This document shows positions 61,321-63,402 of a DNA stretch of 63,402 nt, in pieces. Source of the stretch: Minisyncoccia bacterium (GTDB lineage: Bacteria; Patescibacteriota; Minisyncoccia; Phycocordibacterales; GWA1-40-21). The position numbers and the translations under genes are program-made. Numbering within the stretch: the first letter of the stretch is position 1; every line of letters begins with the position of its first letter. Location: assembly GCA_049695975.1 (NCBI GenBank), contig JBAVTE010000024.1:1-63402 (forward strand), given 5' to 3'. The notes under the pieces are model-generated. The model made no database searches. It saw only the letters and a program-made list of their open reading frames with translations, and was not told where the DNA came from.

Positions 61321-63279
61321 ATGAAAATATTTCAAAAAACTCCGCAAAAGGGAAACAAAAAGGGTGGGGGAATGCTCGGTGGGGACAATATGAAGTTTTT
61401 GACGCAGGTCACAAATGCAATTCTTATTATAATTATTATTTCTTTTGCTTTTTCCTTATTATTTAATAATGGTCCGAAGAAGGAAAATATTCCCATTTCA
61501 CAGCTTGCGTCAGATATTTCTCTCGGTCTTGTAAAAGAGATTACAGTTTTGGGAGACAATCTAAATATTACTTATAATGCTTTTGGCACAAGCACACCAG
61601 TAGAAAAAACTTCACAGAAAGAAATCGGGGTTGCTCTTACTGATACACTTGCAAATTATAAAGTTTCCCAAGACAAGCTGAATATTGTGAAGATAGATAT
61701 AGTTTCTGATCGAGGTTTTTGGTATTGGGTACTTGAGCTTGCACCTTTTCTCTTGCCTTTAATTTTTATTATTATTTTTATTTGGTATCTGACAAGACAG
61801 ATCAAAGGCCCGGGTATGCAGGCTTTTTCTTTTGGGCAGTCAAAAGCGAGAATTATTTTACCAAGTGATAAAAAACAGAGAATTACTTTTGCGGATGTTG
61901 CAGGAGCAAAAGAAGCAAAAGAAGAGCTTACCGAAGTTGTAGATTTTTTGAAAAATCCAAAAAAGTTTTTGGAAATTGGCGCAAAAATTCCAAAAGGTAT
62001 TTTGCTTATGGGCGCGCCGGGCACGGGAAAAACAATTTTGGCTCGTGCAGTAGCCGGCGAGGCTGGTGTAGCGTTCTTTTCAATTTCCGGATCAGAATTT
62101 GTAGAAATGTTTGTGGGTGTGGGTGCATCTCGTGTGCGTGACCTTTTCAAAATGGCCAAGTCCACTGCACCAGCGATTATATTTATTGATGAAATAGATG
62201 CTGTAGGCCGTGTGAGAGGTGCCGGAATGGGCGGAGGAAATGATGAGAGGGAACAAACTTTAAACCAGATTCTTGTGGAAATGGATGGTTTTGAACCGAA
62301 TGAAAAAGTGATAGTGATGGCTGCGACAAACAGACCCGATGTGCTTGATCCTGCACTTCTTCGACCTGGCAGATTTGATAGGCGAGTAGTGATTGACCTG
62401 CCAGATAGAAATGACAGGGAGGCTATACTCATCATCCATTCAAAAGAAAAACCTTTTGCCGAAGATGTAAATTTGAAAATTATTGCAGAAAGGACGCCGG
62501 GATTTTCTGGTGCTGATCTATACTCTCTTATGAATGAAGGCGCGATACTTGCCGCGAGAGAAAATAGAAAAAAAGTTTCTCAGTTTGACCTTGTGAGGTC
62601 AATCGAAAAAGTGATGATGGGTCCTGAAAGGAAGAGTCATTTACTTTCAAAGAAAGAAAAAGAAATCACAGCATACCACGAGGCGGGACACGCACTTGTG
62701 GCATCTGTTCTTCCTTATGCTGATCCGGTACACAAGATTTCAATCATTTCTCGCGGAAGAGCTGCTGGTTACACTTTGAATCTTCCTCTTGAGGAGAGAC
62801 GACTCCAATCAAAAAAAGAATTTCTAGATGATATTGCCGTGTCACTTGGCGGATATGTGGCAGAGAAAAATATTTTTGGAGATATTACGACTGGTCCTTC
62901 AAATGATTTGCAAGTTTCTTCAGCACTTGCCAGAGATATGGTTACAAAGTACGGAATGTCAGAAATGTTTGGACCAGTAGCCCTTGAAGGTGATGGTGGC
63001 AGAGCAATGTTTGGTCACGGAGTCGGAGACAAAGAATATTCCGACAAAGTAAATTCTCAAATTGATGCGGAGGTCTCGAGAATAATAGACGAAGCAATGA
63101 AAAAAGCGGAATTAATTTTAGGAGAATACAGAAAAGCTCTAGATAATATTGCGAAGACTCTTATGGATGTAGAAACAATAGAGAGAGATGATTTTGAAAA
63201 GATATTGATAGTAAATGGTATTATACCGAAAAAGAAGGATGTTATTTCGACGGATGAGGAGAAAGGTGAAAAATCCTAA
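61321..63279 (+). CDS. ftsH: ATP-dependent zinc metalloprotease FtsH
   Basis: Walker [12 protein letters not shown] region, HEAGHA zinc motif. The start is uncertain (61321, 61372 or 61390). Confidence 0.95.
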   Translation: MKIFQKTPQKGNKKGGGMLGGDNMKFLTQVTNAILIIIIISFAFSLLFNNGPKKENIPISQLASDISLGLVKEITVLGDNLNITYNAFGTSTPVEKTSQKEIGVALTDTLANYKVSQDKLNIVKIDIVSDRGFWYWVLELAPFLLPLIFIIIFIWYLTRQIKGPGMQAFSFGQSKARIILPSDKKQRITFADVAGAKEAKEELTEVVDFLKNPKKFLEIGAKIPKGILLMGAPGTGKTILARAVAGEAGVAFFSISGSEFVEMFVGVGASRVRDLFKMAKSTAPAIIFIDEIDAVGRVRGAGMGGGNDEREQTLNQILVEMDGFEPNEKVIVMAATNRPDVLDPALLRPGRFDRRVVIDLPDRNDREAILIIHSKEKPFAEDVNLKIIAERTPGFSGADLYSLMNEGAILAARENRKKVSQFDLVRSIEKVMMGPERKSHLLSKKEKEITAYHEAGHALVASVLPYADPVHKISIISRGRAAGYTLNLPLEERRLQSKKEFLDDIAVSLGGYVAEKNIFGDITTGPSNDLQVSSALARDMVTKYGMSEMFGPVALEGDGGRAMFGHGVGDKEYSDKVNSQIDAEVSRIIDEAMKKAELILGEYRKALDNIAKTLMDVETIERDDFEKILIVNGIIPKKKDVISTDEEKGEKS

Positions 63280-63402
63280 TCTTATGTTTAGCACGAGCAA
63301 GGATATTTACCAGACACTTTTCTTTAGTGACTTATCTCACGATTTGTCTAAAAGTTTTTCTATTTTGTCTTTGCGGGTAAAACGAAGAAATCCAGAATTA
63401 TT

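Overview
Low-G+C bacterial fragment. The gene content suggests a small-genome Patescibacteria/CPR-like organism; this is an inference from content, not a database hit. It includes PilM/N/O with a split ComEC, compact ribosomal-protein operons with Lys-rich extensions, SmpB/tmRNA, FtsH, GH130 phosphorylases, many small membrane ORFs, and tRNAs mostly lacking encoded CCA.

Layout:
- 1-11.6 kb: accessory island.
- 11.7-15.2 kb: glycan-synthesis genes.
- 15.7-19.7 kb: RuvX fusion, DedA, pilMNO, tRNA-Arg.
- 19.9-24.9 kb: mannoside phosphorolysis module.
- 25-34.7 kb: housekeeping genes, three tRNAs and a decayed copper cluster.
- 35.2-38 kb: split ComEC.
- 39.6-51.6 kb: rpsL-rpsG-fusA-tuf-S10 operon, interrupted three times, broken after rplB and joined to rplJ-rplL.
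- 52-63.4 kb: infC-rpmI-rplT, envelope genes, an mTERF-like repeat protein, tmRNA, GIY-YIG, smpB, ftsH.

Main hunt results:
1. 820-5952 is an integron-like array of five single-gene cassettes. Each is bounded by a progressively decaying copy of the last ~19 codons of ORF 372-890, and the differences between copies are mostly synonymous in that gene's frame. Every cassette gene carries its own TGnTAnnAT -10 element exactly 6 nt upstream of the start codon, implying leaderless mRNAs. Cargo is defence-flavoured: S41 peptidase, NYN, kinase-like, SOUL, NERD. The array is followed by an MTase / DUF262-HNH operon and a Panacea-type TA pair.
2. A mosaic family of G+C-rich hairpin modules occurs 3' of tRNA-Arg, tRNA-Leu and tmRNA and at three or four other sites. 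Two loop sequences (CTAGCAAG, GAGCGACGGCGA) are conserved on covarying stems.
3. A promoter-to-terminator ~155-nt structured RNA candidate lies at 53.4 kb.

No CRISPR array, rRNA gene, transposase or integrase is visible in the window.
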